A stretch of 64,000 nucleotides of DNA, from contig NC_069000.1 of the NCBI RefSeq assembly GCF_001194135.2, forward strand, positions 1,456,113 through 1,520,112, read 5' to 3'. Shown piece after piece: positions 1 to 14,100 of this stretch; the stretch's first letter is position 1, and each line of letters starts with the position of its first letter. Source of the DNA: Octopus bimaculoides (lineage: Eukaryota). The translations under genes and the position numbers were made by a program. The notes under the pieces are model-generated. The model worked only from the letters and a program-made list of their open reading frames with translations. It was not told the DNA's origin and made no database searches.

Positions 1-1574
1 CCAGCACTGAAATTTCGAAACTACAAGATAAAGCATGCTTGACTCAGAACAATGTGAATAAATAAGCATTTACGTTTTATAAAATAATCTAAACGTTACC
101 GAGTTAGGATATCCTGACAATCTTATTCATTTAACCAAATGAAGATGAATGGTGGTCAGCAGCCAAAATGAGATAAAGTGGAGGATAAAAATATAGAAGT
201 GGAAGAAGAATCATCAGCCATTACCTTTAATTCAGGGTTCCAAGACTGTTGAGAGGAAGGCAGGAAGTGATCCTCTGATTAGAGATTTGTCTCAAATTCT
301 TGACAAGGGAGTGTAATTCTGCTAAAAAGCAGACATAGACCAAATGGTAATTTTAAACTGAGCAAGGAATTAAATAAATCCACAAATGGAAACCCTCCTT
401 CCAACAGCCTGCCATGCAATGTTTCAGTTTGTACTGAATTTCACTGACTAAGGTCTGGTTGTTGTGTGTCTGTAGTAGAAATAGTTTGTGAAAAGTGCCA
501 TCACACAGTGTAGAAGGACAAGGGTTAACCTTGGAATTACGTAAATGAAGTGAACTTGTTAACCACACATTTGAGAAAGAAAGAGAAGAATAACAGGAAA
601 ATACTTCTCAGATGAGAAAATGTTATGAAACAAAGCAAAAAACAAGAAAGCAAAACAAAAAGTCGACCCAGATATTATTGTCAGAGAAGTGGTTTACGTA
701 ATTATTTCAAATTGAATCTTCATAAAAACAAAGATTTCAAGAGTCATGGAGGAAGGAAATATTCATGCAAGAGTTTGAAGTAGTTTGTTTGGTTCAGGTA
801 TATCCTGGTGGGGGAGGTGGTGCAGGTGACAGTGGTGGAGGAGGTGCAGAGGTTATTGGTTGGTTGAACAGCTGACAGACACGCAGGAGGGGGTGTCTGT
901 GATTACTGGTGGCTGCATGAGTGGCAGAGGCAACAAGCTGCAGCAGAATGGGGAGAAAAAAAAAAAAGGTCACTGGCCAGCTGGAGTAGTTATTCACGAC
1001 TGGATGCTGGGAAACTCGATTGTTTTAGTTAAAGGATTGCATTCATCCCCCCTTGTGAGTCATCAATAAGGAACTTATGAGTCAAAGAAGGGATTTCTAT
1101 ACTGCAGTTGTTAGAAATAGCAGCTAATATCCTCCTAATTACACCTTGTTATCTTCAAAACAAAGTATTTCAAGTTATATAAACAGATGAGGTGGTCATG
1201 CATGGCACACAGATTTGGTCAATCAGGTTTGATCTGAGACTAAATGACAACAACAACAGAGTTAATGAAGAGTCACTGTTTAATCCCCCAACCTGAAATA
1301 AAATAGCAGCCAAATCTCCCTCTAATCCCATTTTACCATACGGAAAGTAGATATAGATATACAGAAAAAGGATGTGATGGTCAAGGCCGAAAATCCTTTG
1401 GTTTATAGGTCTACGCAACCAAATATGGCCTGGAGCTAATACAACATTAAAATGCAGAAAGGGAGAAAAATTGCTGAAGCCAATACATTTATATATGAAG
1501 TTTTGTCTCTTTACTTTCTCATTTCCAGATCATTTAGTTTATTAATATTATTGTTGTTGTTGTTTGTTTGTTAG

Positions 1575-3189
1575 AACTCCTGGAGTCTTGCATGCATAGC
1601 AGGCTTACTACCAGCGGCCTTACGGTACCATGCTATCTGTTCTTTTCAACTATATAATACTCTCCTGAAGATTCTGGTCATGCCAAGGAGGCAAACCTTT
1701 TGTAACAGTTCTACTGAACACACTATTCCAATTTCCTTTATACCCCCCACACCTTGATGCCTTCTGCTACAGTGTGTGTGTGTGTGTGTGTTGAGTGACA
1801 TAAAATCCGTGAATTCACGGAAACATGATCATAATAAAAAGTTCAAGTACAATGACGTAAATATGACAAGTGCTGATTAACAGTGAGGACACACAATAGC
1901 ACAGCAACAACAACAGTTATACGCTTCCCATGCAATGCTTGAGTGCCAGACAGTGCTTAACGATTTTCATGATTATCTGAAAATGCTTTCAGAGTCATTC
2001 TCATGCGTAAACGGTAGAAAATCATATAAGAAAACAGGTGAGAAAAAGTCTGCAATCAGACTTTTAGCTTTAATTTTAAGCTTCCATGTCAGGTTTCTTA
2101 CCCACTTCCATTCACCCGACACCAAGTACGAACATGTCTTTCTCAAGGGAAGTGGGAGTGACTGCCATGCTTGGCTTGTGAGTATTTAAGCTTAAACTTC
2201 ATCTCAGTATCAAATGTCTTGGCGATCGAATGAGTCAGCCATAGTTACAGGGAGTTGGCAGTTCAAAAAAAAATCCACTAAACCAGCGAAGGTTTAAAAG
2301 CTTCAAGCTTCACTTTGTATGGAAACCACAATAATTAATTCTCTTATCTCTTGTTTAAGATGTGGCCAAATAAAGTGAGAATCTTGAGGTTTTACGTTGT
2401 ACAAACAGTTGGCAATAATGATGCTGTTTGTTTCTGCCCTTGCAAACATTTATGAAAGTTTGAGTAATCACAGAAGGTATCAACCGAATATAATAATCTA
2501 TAGCATGTGCTGATCGTTAGCAACATGTATATGTGCATGCGCATGCACACACACAAAGTGCAGGTGTGGCTGTGTGGTAAGAAGAGTTTGTTTCCCAACC
2601 ACATGGCTTTGGGTTCAGTCAGATCTGGCCTCTCACACCTATCCCACAATGTCATTCTAAAAATAAACATTAACATCATTAAAATCACAAAGCTATGAGA
2701 TGGTATATGATTAATTAAAAACAATTTGAATAAATATGCATTACATTTGACAGAGTAATTTGAATGTTAAATGCTTAAAATTGCGTTAATTTGTTAAAAA
2801 AAAAGAGAAAAACTAATTAATAATAACAAAGTATTTTTACTAAATTTTCATTATTTTAACCGTTAATCGAAATGAAGTTCAATGGGTTTCAACAGGATTA
2901 TGGCAACACAAAGGATAATCATGTATTTATTAGGTTTCCTACTTTTTTTCCTGTTCTGGCACATCTTCTGTTGCTCAGACACACCATTGTTTCTAAACTA
3001 GTTCTTCACACATTCTTAACTATTTTAAGCCCATATCTAATTGCTCTACTGCTCTCTCTCTCTCTCTCACAGCGAAGACCTCCTTCTTGTGTTACTTCTG
3101 CACCCAACTGCAACAGAAATGCCAACCACAAACACTTGCAGCAGCAGCCACACCCCTATCCTACAAACACATCGGATAACAGACATTGA
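1575..3189 (+). CDS. Candidate last three coding exons of an unidentified plus-strand gene (1575-1624, 2093-2177, 3073-3189)
   Basis: Phase-compatible chain NSWSLACIAGLLPAAL-R-FLTHFHSPDTKYEHVFLKGSGSDCHAWL-RRPPSCVTSAPNCNRNANHKHLQQQPHPYPTNTSDNRH*. Good acceptors, strong CTT|gtgagt donor at 2177, weak CG|gtacca donor at 1624. Product not recognised. Confidence 0.35.
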
Positions 3190-3438
3190 AACTATGATGA
3201 TGATGATGATGGTGGTGACGATAAAGATACATTCAGGAACACACACACACACATGTGTGTGTGTGTGTGTTTATATATATATATATATATGCATACTTAT
3301 GTGCATTAATGCAAATATGCATATGTATATATATATGCATTTATGCACAAATGCATATTTATACACACATATAAGTGCATACACATAGCTACATCAATCC
3401 TGGCATGCATATATATATATATGTGTGTAAATACAATG

Positions 3439-3440
<2 letters not shown>

Positions 3441-3486
<46 letters not shown>
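3441..3486. repeat. (CA)n microsatellite
   Basis: Direct inspection. Confidence 0.95.
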
Positions 3487-3487
<1 letters not shown>

Positions 3488-4010
3488 CCTAATTGTCAAG
3501 TTGTTATTCACTGACGGAAGTAANNNNNNNNNNNNNNNNNNNNNNNNNNNNNNNNNNNNNNNNNNNNNNNNNNNNNNNNNNNNNNNNNNNNNNNNNNNNA
3601 AAAAAAAAAAAAAAAAAAAAATGTAAAATCAAATCAAAATGAAAATACATAGAATATAAAAAAAAACACCATGCATCTCTGTAGTTGTAACCAGTTCTTA
3701 GCTTGGTTGACCTACTTCTTCCATTAAATTACAAACATACTGTTAATATTAAGTGTTAGGTTTCAAATGGAAAATTTAGTTGAGCAGATAAATAAACACA
3801 TAAACAAATAAACAATCTATGCACATCAAAATTTTGTTTTGTTGTTTAACCCCAGGTCAGGCTTGACTAAGTGGGTCTTTAAGCATTGATGATCCTTCTC
3901 TGTTTTTAAGACTACAATAATATATAAGAGGACAGGGTGTACTTTGAGGGGGATGTTTGCTTCTATTTTTAGTAGATTCAATGACCATGCAGAAGATCAT
4001 ATATATATAT

Positions 4011-4670
4011 AAGGGCCTTTGGGTTAACCTAGAAAAGAAACAAAGTCTTAGTAAGTAGGAAGGCAGACAAACCGCAAATCCCTCAGGTAGATGGCCCTGC
4101 TCCATCTGTAGAAAAGATGTAGGTAAAAACTCCATAAGATGCACCTGGTGTAATTTTTGGAACCTGTGATAGAGGTAGACCCAGGAAGACATAGGATGAG
4201 GGAGTGAAGCATGATCTTCAAACCTTGGGCCTCACAGAGGTAATGACTTATGACTGAGACATTTGGCAATGTGCTGTGAAATCATAGTCATGGCTGACGC
4301 TGGTGTCACGTAATTGGCACCCGTGCCAGTGGCATAGAAAAAGCATCTTTCGAGTGTTGGGCTTCATGGAGGCAAAGTAGCTGAGCCCCTTTCGATTGTT
4401 GGGCCTCACAGAGGCAATGACCAAGACCTTTGGCATTATGTTGTGCTTGAGAAGGAAACCCATCAAAGCAAGTAAAATTGCAGTTGTAGCAAATACCAGT
4501 GTCACGCAAATGGCACATAAATGCACCCATTACGCTCTTGGAGTGGTTGGTGTTAGGAATGGTATCCAGTCATAGAAAGCATGCCAAATCAGACTGGAGT
4601 CTGGTGCAGCCCTGGTCAAACTGTCCAACTCATGCCAGCATGGACAATGGATGCTAAATGACGATGATAC
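4011..4670 (+). mobile_element. 5'-truncated, internally deleted RTE-type LINE 3' end
   Basis: Frameshifted GRWPCSICRKDVGKNSIRCT (Cys-rich) and RGRPRKT..GVKHDLQTLGL, then the shared 3' UTR and GAT-type tail. Confidence 0.8.
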
Positions 4671-5881
4671 ACACGATGGGCTTCTTTCAGTTTCTGCCGA
4701 CCAAATCCACTGACAAGGCTTTGGATAGCCCAAGGTTATTGTAGAAGACACTTATCCAAGGTGACACACAGAGGGATAGAAACTGGAACAATGTGGTTGG
4801 GAAGCAAACTTCTTGTCACGGGTAGCATTGGTGAATTTCAAGAAGCATAGAATTTATATGGGCGTGTGTGTGTATTTGTCCTTTTCCACTTGACAACTGG
4901 TGTTGGTTTGTTTATGTTCCCATAACTAACTTAACAGTGTGGAAAAAAGAAGCTAGTAGAATAAATCCCATATAATAAGCACTGGGCATGATTTGATCAA
5001 CTAAAGGCAGTGCTCCAGTATGGCCACAATCCAATGACTGAAACAAGTAGAAGAATGCAAGAATCAGCAGAAATGAGAAAAAGAAATCCGTTCGTTATCG
5101 CAGATATTAAATTACATCCCTGAGGAAGAATAAAATATCAAGAATTTCAATATGGTTTGGTTTCAGTTCTTGCTGCGACAGAAGCATATTGTGGCTGCTG
5201 ACACAGTACGAGACCAAGCCTGGATCACAAAATACCAGATGTTTGAATGACAGTGTTCTAAAATAAATAAATAAGTAGATAAATAAAACGAGCTAAGGGA
5301 AGTAACTCAAATGGACATAGGCATGAATTTGGATAAGTTAGAGGAATTATGTACCAAGCGACAGATAGAACAAGTATTAGGCTTACAAAGTCCTGGAGTT
5401 GATTTGTTCGACTAAAGGCAGTGCTCCAGCATGGCCGTAGTCAAATAACTGAAACAAGTAATAGAATAAAAGAACACACACATTTATATAATGGATTTTG
5501 ATTCAATATATAATACAACGTGATAAAAACTTCAACACAACTCATCCATGAAATATTAGCCTTCGTTTTTATTTCCTCCGCCAATTCTGATTGAAATGAC
5601 AATTATTATACAAGTGTCTATCTAAACCAGTGTGTTTGAGTGTGTTTATATTCTTTTCTTTTTTTTTTCCAATCTAAAATCAGTCAAATAGAAAAACAAG
5701 GAAGGGACAAGACATCCAGCCAATCAGCCACTTCAGATATTTTCAGTCAACACATTGAGTGCCATGTATACAATATAATATATACACGGCACTTTACAAA
5801 GTCAACCATGGTACTGTGCTGTATAATCAAACATGTAACTATGTATTTCTGAAGCCAATAACCTAATCACATAGCCATACC

Positions 5882-5912
<31 letters not shown>

Positions 5913-7129
5913 CATAGATAGGTTTATGGTTCAGTGTGAATAAACAATAAGATTCGTGAAAACTTAAAAAGAAAGACAAAGTAAACAGGAAGTGGATTAT
6001 TATAGCTTTGAGCCTCTTTAGATTGTATCCCTCTCCACTCCCAAAGTGGATTGCAGTTGGTCTGTAAAGTAAGGAGGTATGTAGTCTCAGATTTTGAATT
6101 AGGCACAATGCTTATCTGCTCATTAAAAAGTTAGAACAGCACTTAATTAAATTAATTACAACCAAGAAATCATGCTAGACGCTGAAGTTTTGAAAATAAC
6201 CATTATTTATGGAACTTGGGGTAAATCTCACTCACCAATACATGTTGTTGCTAAGCCCAGGTTTGACCTAATCAAGTAGTTGGACAATATAATCAAAGGT
6301 GTTCCTACAGTGACAATCACCTCAGAGTTTTTTTCTGGGTCATGAATCATAAAGTGACGTTTTCTAATCTTTCCTTTTCTTCTCATTGAGTTCTTAGACA
6401 ATGAATCGGTAGATTTCTTACAGCATCAAATGGAATGCTCAACAGCATTTGCTTACACACACTGCGTTCTGAGTTCAATTTCCTGGTGAGGTTTGTCCAT
6501 CCAGAATTTTTTCAGGCATTCTCAAGGGTAGAGGTTTTTTTTTTTCGTTTATTGCTTGTGCTGGTGCCACAGAAAAAGCACTTGTGCCGGTGCCACATAA
6601 AAAGCACCCAGTACACTTTGTAAAGTGGTTGGCATTATTAGGAAGGGCATCCAGCTGTAGAAACCATGCCACAAGAGATACTTGGAGCCTGGGGCAGCTC
6701 TCCAGTTTGCCATCTCCAATCAAACTGTCCAACCCATGCCAGGAAAAGGGACATTGAATGATGATGATGATGATTTAGTCAGGAGGGCAGGGAATACCTG
6801 TGACCTTTTACAGGGTCTATGAGATTGGTGGGAGAAAGGGAAGAAAAAAGGAAGGTATCGTCACATTGGAAACCTAATCTGAGTGCTTGCAATTGAGTGG
6901 ACCTGATTGAAGGTACTCAGGGCTAAGGTGATGGGTTAAGTTGTAAGAAGAAAAGTTCAACACACTGCCTCACCTGCCCCCAGGGGGGCGTAAAAGGGGT
7001 GGTGGTGCACAGGTAAGACTTGTCCAGTTTGTAACAAACAGAATATTTTTACAATGACAGTCAAACAAAACGATCCAAAGGAGATCATTGTAAACATTAT
7101 CAATGAAATACAGGATATGTAAACATATA

Positions 7130-7278
7130 TAAGTCTATATACACACACATATATACATATGTATATACATATACATATATATATATATATACATACATGT
7201 ATATACATACATATATATATATACATACATATACACACATATATATACATACATACATAAACATACATATACACACAC
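7130..7278. repeat. Compound (TA)/(CA)/(TACA)n low-complexity tract
   Basis: Direct inspection; source of spurious YI/CV-rich ORFs. Confidence 0.9.
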
Positions 7279-8548
7279 AAATGCTTGCATGTTATGGAGC
7301 TGCCTGAGGTAAATGAAAGATTACAATGAATATTAATAATCCAGTGACAATAGAAAGATTTACATCTATAATAAAATTATGGCTTTATACATACATTAAG
7401 AGTTTTTTATGTCCATCACAGCTTTATATATACAGCGTTAACTCTTTTAGCATCACCTTACCTCAAATAACCTGTATCAAATTCCTTCCTTCCTTTGTTC
7501 AACTAATGTCTGTTTTTCATGCTACGGGGCACAACATTCAAGGCAGGCTCTGGCAGCTATCTGCCCCTTCCTGCTGCTATCACTCAACCTGTTTTCCAAG
7601 CAAGGGATTCTTTTATTTTTTTTTTTAATTCTACAAGCCTTCAAAAGCACAAAATGATTTGTCATAATGTCAGTAAGCAACTTAAATAGCATTACCATTT
7701 CTCTTAGGCAATTCAAGTGATTCTGTGTGGTAAGAAGTTTGTTTCCCAGCCACATGGTCCCGGGTTCAGTTCCACTGCGTGGCACCTTGGGCAAGTGTCT
7801 TTCGCTACTGTAAACTCAGGTTGACTAATGCCTTGTGAGTGGATCTGGTAGATGGAAACTGAAAGAAGCCTGTTGTATATATGTGTGTTTCTTTGTGTCC
7901 CCCATCAACACTTGACAACGAGTGTTGGTGTGTTTATGTCCCCATAACTTAGCAGTTCGGCAAAAGGGGCCGATAAAATAAATGCCAAGCTTAATAATAA
8001 ACAGGGACCACTTTTGGTATGCACTCCTTCTTTACGGGCAATCATTGTTCATTATTGACTCACAGTCTATGACAAGGCTGAGCACACAAATGGAGAAATA
8101 AGATTTCAGAAATTTCAGCAAATAAAAATTACATAAAAATCTTTCATTCGATTTTTTCCTATTGGAATGGCAGAATTTCTTGTGTCCCGAATCTGCAGAA
8201 CTTGACCCAGACTTCTGTGATTTAGATGTTCGCAAGAACCAAGGCATATCTGCTAAAGGTTACAAATTATACACACACACATATATATACATGTATTATA
8301 TATATGTATATACACACACACACACACACATATATGCATAAATATATTTGTACATACATACATGCATATTTATAAATATATATATATATATATANNNNNN
8401 NNNNNNNNNNNNNNNNNNNNNNNNNNNNNNNNNNNNNNNNNNNNNNNNNNNNNNNNNNNNNNNNNNNNNNNNNNNNNNNNNNNNNNNNNNNNNNNNNNNN
8501 NNNNNNNNNNNNNNNNNNNNNNNNNNNNNNNNNNNNNNNNNNNNNNNN

Positions 8549-8588
<40 letters not shown>

Positions 8589-9482
8589 TACGTACACACT
8601 TGCCATGTGTAGCCATTACTCATGTCAACATTGGCATTTGTTTTTCATTCACACACACACACACACATGCACGCAAATTCTTTGTTTTTTTCCCTATATT
8701 TACCCCGGGAATAATTCCATTATCTGAATTGGCGAATGGAACTAAACAAAAGGAATTAATATTTATTGCCCAGTTTTAGCCTGGTTTCATGACAGCAAAG
8801 GTAATATACTTAATGGACAGTCAAGAATAAATTATTCATCAACTCATGTTATATATACACATGTGTCATCTTGCGTGTGCACACACACACATATATATAT
8901 ACACACACATATATATAATGTATGTGTGTGTGTGTTTGTATTTAGAGTACATATCTCTCTGTGTTTATCTCTCTGCATATCTCTAGGTGGACATGTGTAC
9001 ATGCACACATACACACACATGTGTACTATTCAACAATTAGACACCTCTGAATACCATTTCCCCTTCTTTCCATTATATATTATATACACATAAACGTATT
9101 AATTAGTCTATTTGTAATAAGTTCTTTTACTAAAGCACATAAGAACTGCAACACCAGCAGCAGTAGCAACAGTCGCTGCCACCACCACCACTGACCTGGT
9201 AGAATTGGTCGCACACCAAAGAAAGTGCATAGTGGCATTTCATCCATCTTAATGTACTGAGTTCAAACTCTGTTCAGATTGACTTTTGTCTTTCATCCTT
9301 TTGGGGTTAAAATAAGTGCCAGTTGAGCGGGGGGAGGGGGTGGGGTGTAAACAGCCAACCCCCTCCCCCAAAAAATGCCAGGCTTTGTGCCTGTAGTAGA
9401 ACAGATCAATATCATCATTGTTATTTTCATTTACACACAACAGAGCAGACTGTTGGAAAAGAAAAAAAATCCTAACAAGTAA

Positions 9483-9770
9483 CCTTAGATGCCAAGAACC
9501 CTCCTAAGTATCTTAGCTGTCCTTAATAACACCGTTTTCTGGAACTGTACTGAACTGGATTTTATGTTCGTTTCCTCTATCCATCTGTTCAGATCTTTAG
9601 GAATACTTCCCAATGCACCAATAGCTACTGGGATACATTTTACCTGCACTTTCCATAGTCTCTGTTATTCAATGGCTAGGTCCTGGTACTTGACTATTTT
9701 TTCTGTACCTCTCATATTGATTTTTTTCATCATTTGGGACTGTAAAGTCAATTATCTGGCACTTTCTATT
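9483..9770 (-). mobile_element. C-terminal fragment of an RLE-clade (R4/Dong-like) non-LTR retrotransposon
   Basis: CQIIDFTVPNDE..EKIVKYQDLAIE*QRLWKVQVKCIPVAIGALGSIPKDL..QKTVLLRTAKILRRVLGI* (one frameshift, one stop), typical restriction-like endonuclease tail. Confidence 0.8.
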
Positions 9771-11080
9771 CTCTTCCAAATCCACTCACAAACTTTGGTC
9801 AGCCTAAGACTACATTAGAAGACACTTGACAAGGGGGGGGGGAGGTCACACAGTGGGCCTGAACCCAGAACCCTGTGGTTGAGAAGCAAGCTTCTTACCA
9901 CAACAGCCACCACCCATACTTATTCTACTTCACTTATAGTAAGGTTAATGTTGTGGTAAGTAGTCACTCATGTCAAACTAGTACCCGGAACTAAGCTACT
10001 CTGGATTGACTGCTATTATGTATATGTATGTTAAAAATAGGAGGTGGAGATGGGGGGGGGGGGCATTGAATTGTAGGAATGGAACGTTGGAAAAAATGTC
10101 CAATGCTTTAGCATTCAGATTATTCAGTTAAATGTAATGTTTATTGATTCCGATTGATTTGAATTGGCCATTCTCCATTAATCTTGTAGCTTTGAGATTT
10201 CAATGACAAGATTGTGTATTTATAAAGTCGTAGTAGGGTCAGTATGAGAGGCCAGATCTGGCTGGTTTGAACATAAAACAGAATATTTGGGCTGGACATA
10301 ACTGATTTCAATGCCAAAATACACACACACACACATGGTGAGCTTATTCCAGTTTCCATTTACTGAATCTACTTGCCAGGGTTCTGGACAGCCCAAGACA
10401 ACAGTAGAAGGTAGGAGGTGGCAAGCAGTAGGATCCAACTGGAAACTATGGTATTGGGAATTGTTTGAATTGCTCAAGACGAAGAACTAACTTTTTAACA
10501 GTCTTGTAAGAGAGACAACACCTATACACACTGTGGGAAAATGTTTGACCAACATACTTTAGTGGTGAGACAGATTTACGTAACATTTAAAAATTACTTT
10601 TCAAACTCAATTTAATTTGCAGATTTTGTTTCACATAGTTGTTTGACTTGTTAGAAATAGCAGCCAAATCTTGTGTAAATTGAAGACACATTTGACTGAC
10701 TGTCTTTAACCCTTTTGTTACCATATTTCTGTTGAGATGCTCTGTGTTTCTTTCAATTAATTTTAAATAATTTAGTAAAATAACTTAGCTGTCATTAAGC
10801 TAGTCTTCAAAGCAGTGCTCCAGCATGGACACATTCTAATGACTGATACAAGTAAAAGGTAAAAGGTTGGCATTAGGAAGGGCATCCAACTGTAGAAACT
10901 TTGCCAGATCAGATTGGAGCCTGATGCAGCCTTCTGGCTTGCCAGTCCCCACTCAAAAGTCCAACCCATGCCGGCATGGAAAGCGAACGTTAAACTATGG
11001 ATACAGATGCACAGCTGTTGTGGTTTTGTATTCTTATTATTTGTCTCTAAGACAAAATATGAAGTATATTGGCAACATTA

Positions 11081-11108
11081 GAGAGAGAGAGAGATAGATA
11101 GATAGATC

Positions 11109-11156
<48 letters not shown>
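11081..11156. repeat. Compound (AG)n/(GATA)n microsatellite
   Basis: Direct inspection. Confidence 0.95.
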
Positions 11157-11162
<6 letters not shown>

Positions 11163-14100
11163 TAGTCAGGGTTTTTAGAAGAATCAAAAGAAGTTTAATG
11201 TATGGGAGAGGCTAATGCAATAAATTGAATGGCTGGTGCTAATGACAGAATGTATGCAGAAATCTCCTTTGAGAATTGGTTTGTGATGATAACTAGAACA
11301 AATAAATGTGTTAGCAGGAAGCCTGCTATTTCTCTCAGCTATGTGGAGAATGTAAAGAGAGGAGGAAAAAAGAGCCGGAGAGAGAGAGATAGGTGAGGGA
11401 GGCGGGTTCGTGGGGGTGGTTAGAGGGAGAGAGAGAGAGAGAAGGATAGTGGAAGGGAAGAAGGGAGGTGCAGAAGGATAAAGGAAGAGAAGACAAGAAG
11501 TAGTTTAGAGGAAGATAATGCGAAAGTGCTCCCTCCTCTCTCCTGAGAAATACTTTAAAATATAGGATATTAAATATTATCTTGAGAAGCAGCTACGGTG
11601 TGTGTGTGTGTGTGTGTGTGCTATTTATTTCCTTTGAAGCTATGGAAAGTGATAACGAAGTGTGTTTAAATGACAATGAAATAAAGAGGAGGAATAAAAA
11701 AAAAAAGGAACACAGACAAATAGCAAAAGAAAAAAACAAATATTAAAAAATAAGTGGTGATTAATGGAGGGGAAAATTATAGCAAGAAAAGTTTAGAGAT
11801 GAAATAATAATACAAAAACAACAAAACTGGTGAGTCCTGAAGGTGTGGTGGTGGTGGTGGTGGTAGTGGTGGTTGGAGGTGATGGTAGTGGTAGGGCCAC
11901 AAAAAAAAAATTAAAAGGAATAAAATGTTCCTTAATGCATTTTTCTTTGGAATGTTCTGCTTCCTCCCCCTCCTCCGTCTCCATCTTTTCTTTCTTCCTT
12001 TCCTTTTTTCTTTTTCTTCTACTCAAGGTAACTTTGTTAATTGTTGTTATTGATTCCTTGCCATGAAGCAACAAGGCTGATGATTCCCTGCTCCCAGAGA
12101 AAGGGATCCAACCTCTGTCACCAAATTACTAATTCTTTATTGGCAATGGTTCTACCACCCCACCCCACCCCCACCACCGACACACACGACTGGCTTTCCA
12201 TGCAGTATCTGGTGGTCAGTACAAGGCAATAGTAGAAGACACTTGCTTTTGGTGGGATAGAACCTAAGACCTTCTTAACCACATAGCTTTTAAATTCAAT
12301 ACAAAACGGTGAAATTTTGAGAGAAGCTTTAATAGGAACACGTGATATTTGAAGTGTGTCCCGGGAAGACTGGCATCCAAAACGCTGTCAAGTGGTTCCA
12401 GTTGCAAATAGGAACCAGAGTGCAAATTTCTCTGAGCAACAAGTTGTCATACATGACATCCTACATGTGACTAATATGAGCAGAGAATTTTGAAGAACTC
12501 ACACCAATACAAGCCTGGTGTATATTTATTTCAATCAATCTTTAAAAGATTTGTGGTGGTGGGGAGGTGAACTCGAGATAGAGAGAGAGAGGAAAGAAAT
12601 ATTATCCGGGTATTTATGTCAGTGCACTGCCATTTCATCCCAATGTAAATCATTGATAACCCTGGACAACAAAGATTTTACTGCTGGAGTAAAAGCATAT
12701 GTTTTAGACTAAATCGAGGATGCTGATTCCAAATCCGCACTCAGAATTGTTCTAGCATGTCAAAATATTGAGTTATGCATATGTGCAAGATTATAACTAT
12801 ACTTTCAGCTAGATATAGGCCGTATTATAAAATTTGCTAAAATGATGGTCAACCGGGGTAACCATGCCATAAATGAGAAGATTCTGAGATGAGCAAGATC
12901 ACAACCACTGTAAGAGACTGTAGCAGAGCATTGTGAAGTTAACTTCTTAACCATTTGGCCAAACTTGCTCTACCAAAATCAAAACCCTACAAACCCCTTT
13001 CTGTTTCAAACATAATAAGAAACAAAGGAGTCTCTTGGGCCTTTGGTCCACTAGAAACAGCAGCCAATCTCCTTCAATAACACTGCACAGTCTGGTCACA
13101 GTTAGAATGTCTTTGATCAGAGTCATGCTTGACCATTAACAGACTAAAATATTTAGGACATTAAGCCATAGTTTAGAAGTTCAAATCCTACGTAACTCAA
13201 ACTTGTCTTTCAAAGTACAGCAGTTGATAAATAAAATACCAGTTAAGAGCTGGTGCTGGTTTAATATTTCTAGAAGACATTCGTCAATGTGAACAGAATT
13301 ATAATACAGGAACCAGGGCTATCCTCAGGCGAAACAACAATATAATTATCTCTCTCTCCCTCTCTCCATATTCTCTTTCCTTTTTTATATACATACATAA
13401 CTTTTTTTTATGCATGGTCTCTCTCTCTCTCTATTTCACTCACTCTCTCCTTCTTTCTTCCTCTGAAATAAACACATGCCTAATTTCTCCCTCACACCCA
13501 CAAACTAATGTCCTAATAACATGCACATATACACAAGCAACAGAGCAGCCAGCTTGTACGTCATTAACATATATTAACATACAAACGGCAACAAACAGTC
13601 ACAAATAAACACACACACATCAGTCAGAGACTTTTGCCGTGCCACTCCTTATTTCTAATACACCAATGATAGGGATTTGTTCGTCAACTTTACAGGAAAT
13701 TCAACCACTTTTCTTTCCTATTTGCTCTATTTTCGCGTCTTCTTTTTCTAATAAATCTAAATGAGAACAAGTAAATACTTGACGCATGAGAAAGTAACTC
13801 ATGAGAAAGTAACTCAATTCAGTATCCTTGCTCTCACTATTTTTACTCCGCGTAGATTAGCCCAATTGTTCCTTGTTTGTTACATTCTTTTGTCTTTTGC
13901 CTTTTTTTTTATGTCTCCAATATCCTGTATTGTAACCTTGTGGACAGCCCCTTTCAAAACTGCTGGCCCTTTATCTAAATCAATTCTTATTAAAACGGCA
14001 GCGAGTTGGCGGAATCATTTTTGCGCCAGACAAAATGTTTAGCGACACTTCTCTTTTACGTTCTGAGTTCAAATTCCGCCCAGGTTAACTTTGCATTTCG

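Noticed and set aside
794-1069. Gly-rich or Pro-rich short ORFs
   Set aside because: Low-complexity GGT-rich DNA with stops and no splice-consistent partner.
8296-8779. Long ORFs rich in YI/HT/CV or X (also near 3041, 6957, 16206, 33276, 56780, 61591)
   Set aside because: Translations of microsatellites and N gaps.
9195-9255. Exon-like minus-strand segment MDEMPLCTFFGVRPILP with gtcagt donor
   Set aside because: It is the antisense of a diverged SINE A head.
12320-12900. Possible DNA-transposon (Sola-like) remnant
   Set aside because: No TIR pair or diagnostic transposase motif could be confirmed by eye.
13701-13703. In-frame TGA giving a UxxC-like motif (G*ISC), possible selenocysteine
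   Set aside because: No canonical SECIS seen downstream, other stops nearby, and no match to a selenoprotein family I know.
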